Origin: a virus
Length of the DNA: 29,905 nucleotides
Strand: one strand, 5' to 3'
IMG/VR virus record: IMGVR_UViG_2724679704_000001
Position numbers and translations under genes: made by a program. Shown piece by piece: positions 26,376-29,905 of the stretch. The notes under the pieces are model-generated. The model worked only from the letters and a program-made list of their open reading frames with translations, was not told where the DNA came from and made no database searches. Position 1 is the stretch's first letter. The number at the start of each line of letters is the position of its first letter.

Positions 26376-26381
26376 TTTATA
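26376..26381 (+). promoter_or_regulatory. TATA box of the queDEC operon (leaderless)
   Basis: TTTATA about 24-29 nt upstream of the queD ATG at 26405. Confidence 0.55.
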
Positions 26382-26404
26382 TCTGCGATTGGTAATCTTC
26401 GAGT

Positions 26405-26866
26405 ATGTCTCAAAGCATATCGCAAGATGATTCTACGGCTGAAAACTTGGTCGAGGCAGGCCAGCGGACACTCAAAATCGGAGGCGACAATCCAATCCGG
26501 ATCAGTTCGGGTCATCGAATCCTACATCACGACGGGAAGTGTTCGCGGCCACACGGCCACAACTACGAGATCACTGTCGAAGTGACCGGTGAACTCACCG
26601 AGGAGGGCTGGGTCGTCGACAAAGGCGACGTCACGGACGTCATCGACGCGTGGGACCACCGGTTCCTCGTCGAAGAGGGCGATCCGCTCGTCGACGCGTT
26701 CGAAGCGTCCGGCGACGGCGACGCGCTCGTCGTCTTGGAGCACCCGCCGACGGCAGAGGTGATGAGCGTCCTCCTCGAACAACGCATGCTCGATGCGTTC
26801 CCGGACACCGTCTCGGACGTGTCGGTGTCGGTGAGCGAAACCGGCGAGCTCTGTGCGACCTACTAA
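26405..26866 (+). CDS. queD: 6-carboxy-5,6,7,8-tetrahydropterin synthase
   Basis: GHRILHHDGKCSRPHGHNY, WDHRFL, PTAE; TAATG overlap with queE. Confidence 0.93.
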   Translation: MSQSISQDDSTAENLVEAGQRTLKIGGDNPIRISSGHRILHHDGKCSRPHGHNYEITVEVTGELTEEGWVVDKGDVTDVIDAWDHRFLVEEGDPLVDAFEASGDGDALVVLEHPPTAEVMSVLLEQRMLDAFPDTVSDVSVSVSETGELCATY

Positions 26867-27642
26867 TGCCGGTCGCAAATGATGTCGAGGAGCCCACAAC
26901 GGACGCTGACGCGACTGGTGAGGGGCTTCCGATCAACGAGGTGTTCTACTCGTTGCAGGGCGAAGGAACGCTCGCAGGCGTGCCCTCTGTCTTCGTGCGG
27001 ACGTCTGGGTGTAATCTGCGGTGTTGGTTCTGTGATTCGTACCATACGTCGTGGGAGCCGACTGGGGCGTGGCGCGATGTCGATTCGATCTTGGAGGAAG
27101 TCCGCTCCCACGAGCAGGCGAATCACGTCGTACTCACGGGCGGGGAGCCGCTCATCCACGAGGAGTCCGTCGAGCTCCTCGAACGGCTCGACGAAGAGGG
27201 GTATCACGCGACGGTGGAGACAAATGGGACGATCTACCGGGACGCACCAATCGATCTGGCGAGTATCAGCCCGAAACTGGCGAGCAGCACGCCGACACCG
27301 GAGCGCGACCCGAAGGGGGAGGGCGAGTGGGAGGAGAAACACGAACAGAATCGGATCGATATGGATGCGTTGTCCCAGATGGTCGATGCGTACGAGACCC
27401 AACTCAAGTTCGTCGTGACCGACGAGACGGACCTCCCGGAGATCACAGACCTGGTTGACCGAGTGCGAGAAGCGACGGCGACGACCGTCGCCGATGATGA
27501 CGTCCTGTTGATGCCAGAGGGCATGACGCGCGAGCAACTCGACGGGACGCGAAGCGAGGTCGCCGAGCTGGCGATGGAGTACGGCTACCGGTACACGCCA
27601 CGACTCCACGTGGACCTATGGAACGACGCACCGGGTACATGA
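26866..27642 (+). CDS. queE: 7-carboxy-7-deazaguanine synthase (radical SAM)
   Basis: EVFYSLQGEG, GCNLRCWFCDS (CxxxCxxC), VLTGGEP, ETNGT, PRLHVDLW; true start at ATG 26866. Confidence 0.95.
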   Translation: MPVANDVEEPTTDADATGEGLPINEVFYSLQGEGTLAGVPSVFVRTSGCNLRCWFCDSYHTSWEPTGAWRDVDSILEEVRSHEQANHVVLTGGEPLIHEESVELLERLDEEGYHATVETNGTIYRDAPIDLASISPKLASSTPTPERDPKGEGEWEEKHEQNRIDMDALSQMVDAYETQLKFVVTDETDLPEITDLVDRVREATATTVADDDVLLMPEGMTREQLDGTRSEVAELAMEYGYRYTPRLHVDLWNDAPGT

Positions 27643-27758
27643 GTACGTCACTCTCAGAGACCGGTCGGAAGAGCGCGGTGCCGCGAGTGCGGTGTGAGTG
27701 TCGCCTGCGGCGTGGTGAACAGAGCGATAACCGATTCGACGCAACCAAGCAGACATGA
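27639..27758 (+). CDS. 39-aa micro-ORF linking queE and queC
   Basis: MSTSLSETGRKSAVPRVRCECRLRRGEQSDNRFDATKQT*; ATGA overlaps at both ends. Confidence 0.4.
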   Translation: MSTSLSETGRKSAVPRVRCECRLRRGEQSDNRFDATKQT

Positions 27759-28444
27759 GCAACAAAAGCGCGGTCATTCTGGTGTCCGGCGGGATGGATA
27801 GTGCGACGGCTGTGTACGAGGCGATCGAGCAAGGGTACGAGCCGTACTTCCTCCATACGTCGTACGGGCAGCGCACGGAAGACAAGGAGTACGAGTGTGC
27901 GAAAGCGCTCGCTGAGGAAGTTGATGCGGCTGACTTCCTCCATATCGAAACGGGGCACCTCTCGCAGATCGGTGCATCGAGTTTGACGGACGAAGAGATG
28001 GACGTGGCCGACGCGGATCTTGAGAGTGACGAGATTCCGACGTCGTACGTTCCCTTCCGAAACGCGAATCTGTTGTCGATGGCGACGTCGTACGCGGAAG
28101 CGACTGATTCGGAGGCACTGTTTATCGGCGCGCACTCCGAAGATTTCTCCGGCTACCCTGATTGCCGTCCGGCGTTCTTCGACGCCTTTCAGAACGTGAT
28201 CGACGTCGGGACGAAACCAGAGACAGAGATTGAATTGAAAGCGCCGTTCGTCGAGTGGTCGAAAACGGAAATCGCGGAGCGTGGGTTGGAACTCGACGTG
28301 CCGTACGACATCACGTGGTCGTGTTACCGCGACGAGGAACCGGCGTGTGGGACGTGTGATGCGTGTGCGTTCCGGCTTGAGGCGTTCCGGAATGTCGGGT
28401 CACGCGATCCGATCGCATACGCTGAGCGGCCGGAGTTCTCGTAA
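27755..28444 (+). CDS. queC: 7-cyano-7-deazaguanine (preQ0) synthase
   Basis: SGGMDS PP-loop, YVPFRNANLL, YPDCR, TWSCY...CGTCDAC zinc site. Confidence 0.96.
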   Translation: MSNKSAVILVSGGMDSATAVYEAIEQGYEPYFLHTSYGQRTEDKEYECAKALAEEVDAADFLHIETGHLSQIGASSLTDEEMDVADADLESDEIPTSYVPFRNANLLSMATSYAEATDSEALFIGAHSEDFSGYPDCRPAFFDAFQNVIDVGTKPETEIELKAPFVEWSKTEIAERGLELDVPYDITWSCYRDEEPACGTCDACAFRLEAFRNVGSRDPIAYAERPEFS

Positions 28445-28612
28445 CTCATCAACTGAGATGAGTTCACTCTCTCATCTTCGTTGAAATCCGGTTCTTCAGA
28501 TATATTTTCGTCTGAAACAACTGGTCACTGAATCCAGCGTATTGACCGCTCGGGTACCTGCCAATCAACGGATGTTTTCAAAGAGCCGTGTTGAATACAG
28601 AGCGCAAGCGTT

Positions 28613-29590
28613 TCACGAGTATTCGTCTCGTGGGATGTTATGAGCAGTTAGAAGGTCACATAGTTGCTTTCCATCGAGAAGCTCAATCCGATCGGTTTTC
28701 TCAACGGTGTTAGTGAAGCTAGAACTCGTTACGACTACAACCCGATCAGCATCCTCGATCTCCAGCAGGCCCGCAGTTTCCCTGACCGTTTTGACTCCAA
28801 CCCGGTTCTGATGGCGTTTTGCTTGGATCAGAATTCGCTTGTCTTTTTTCCTTGCATCAACGTCATAACCACCATCTTTCGCCCGTTGAGTCACCTTAGT
28901 CGAATACCCCATCTCAGACCAAAGGGCCGCAACTACTCGTTCAAACTCGACAGGGTCACACTCAAACAGGTCTTTATGCTTCCATCGGATCGACTCACCT
29001 CTCCTGTCGGTTTGGATTTTCTCCGTCGCCCACTCGGCAACAGCACGAGTGTATTGCGAATCACTTAATTGGAGTTGCTTGATCTGTCGGAGAGCGGTTT
29101 CATCCTCTAAGTGACCAAGTGCGAGGCAAGCATGCCCTTGTACTACTGTATTCTCGTCCTTGAGGAGGTGCCTAAGACCGACGGCTGTGCCTTCAACTGT
29201 ACTAACGTCAGTTCCCGCAAAATGAGCGAGAATGCGGCATGCTGAACCTCGAATCAGGTCGTCTCGATGATTGAGGAGTTCAAGTAGTTCCGGATCAATA
29301 TATTCCGTTAGCTTGTCTGGTGGGTTTTCTGCTACCCAAGAGAAGGTAATACGTGCACCGGGAGGAGTTACCTCATCGACCGAGTGAAGATCGTCAAAAA
29401 GATCGTCAGGATTCCGAACAAAGAGATGGGGTTCCTCAGCGAGTATCGTATACAAACCAATGGCAATCAGATCACGGGCATCGTCATTTTCCGTATCTCG
29501 AAGGTTATTGAGCTCCTCGACTAGTTCGCGCGAGCGCTCGCCGCTCTCCACCCGTTCGAGGAGTTCCTCGGCTCTGTATTTATCATTCAT
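28613..29590 (-). CDS. mrr: Mrr-family restriction endonuclease with N-terminal HEAT-like repeats
   Basis: PVEFERVVAALWSEMGY, DGGYDV, IQAKR, VVVTSSSFT; N-terminal IRGSACRILAHF and VQGHACLALGHL HEAT-like repeats; alternative GTG start at 29614. Confidence 0.85.
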   Translation of the reverse strand: MNDKYRAEELLERVESGERSRELVEELNNLRDTENDDARDLIAIGLYTILAEEPHLFVRNPDDLFDDLHSVDEVTPPGARITFSWVAENPPDKLTEYIDPELLELLNHRDDLIRGSACRILAHFAGTDVSTVEGTAVGLRHLLKDENTVVQGHACLALGHLEDETALRQIKQLQLSDSQYTRAVAEWATEKIQTDRRGESIRWKHKDLFECDPVEFERVVAALWSEMGYSTKVTQRAKDGGYDVDARKKDKRILIQAKRHQNRVGVKTVRETAGLLEIEDADRVVVVTSSSFTNTVEKTDRIELLDGKQLCDLLTAHNIPRDEYS

Positions 29591-29905
29591 ACATCTATTG
29601 TGTTCTAATGCCACGAAAGTAAGCCCTTGTGAACGGTTCTACCGACTGTGTTGAAACCTTTAGTGCCTGTGGCGTTCTAAATCTACTCTGTATCTTGTAC
29701 GCAGTTTCTGATATAGTGTGGAGAGGCCGGCGTTCTTCATTGGTCTATGAGTTCCCTGTGTTGACCTCAGCGAAGTCAAACTGTGTCGTTACTACGGGTT
29801 TCTACAGACCGTACGTGTTTACCCCGGAGTCTCGACAGCCGGCACAGCGTGAGCCCGTGAGATCAGTTCATTGTTACTGACGGCTCGACGAAGCTCTTCG
29901 TATGG

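Noticed and set aside
26650-26865. N-terminal extension of queE in the ORF track
   Set aside because: Arg-rich alternative frame overlapping queD; the real start is the coupled ATG at 26866.
26863-28135. Long minus-strand ORFs (248 aa and 230 aa)
   Set aside because: Antisense shadows of queE and queC with no motifs.
29819-29905. Possible 3' end of a minus-strand gene entering from the right edge (PYEELRRAVSNNELISRAHAVPAVETPG*)
   Set aside because: Only 29 codons are visible; cannot be distinguished from chance.

Overview
Haloarchaeal accessory DNA (acidic proteins, Orc1/Cdc6 with an ORB array), probably a plasmid, minichromosome or genomic island; by eye the composition is mosaic. Left: an Orc1/Cdc6 gene inside its own replication origin (7 ORB-like boxes, a perfect 28-bp inverted pair around an AT-rich unwinding region), an Upf1-like SF1 helicase, a zinc-ribbon protein and PadR, all bracketed by two copies of an unexplained 41-bp inverted-repeat element. 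Middle: an SDR, a pseudogene, a Cdc48-N-domain fusion, a Tat-like protein, an SF2 helicase, a divergent AbrB-like/ADP-ribosyltransferase-like pair, a zinc-finger protein and a serine recombinase. Right, the main result: a tightly coupled 8-gene minus-strand operon (15585-25443) encoding a DpdA/TGT-like transglycosylase, a wHTH BrxA-like protein, a small P-loop BrxB-like protein, a 1363-aa BrxC-like ATPase, PglZ, a HerA-like ATPase, a GNAT and QueF, with a divergent queD-queE-queC operon and a HEAT-Mrr nuclease. It looks like a BREX-type defence scaffold with no methyltransferase, in which self DNA would instead be marked with a 7-deazaguanine (probably preQ1-derived, possibly acetylated). All family calls come from motifs read by eye; no database search was run.
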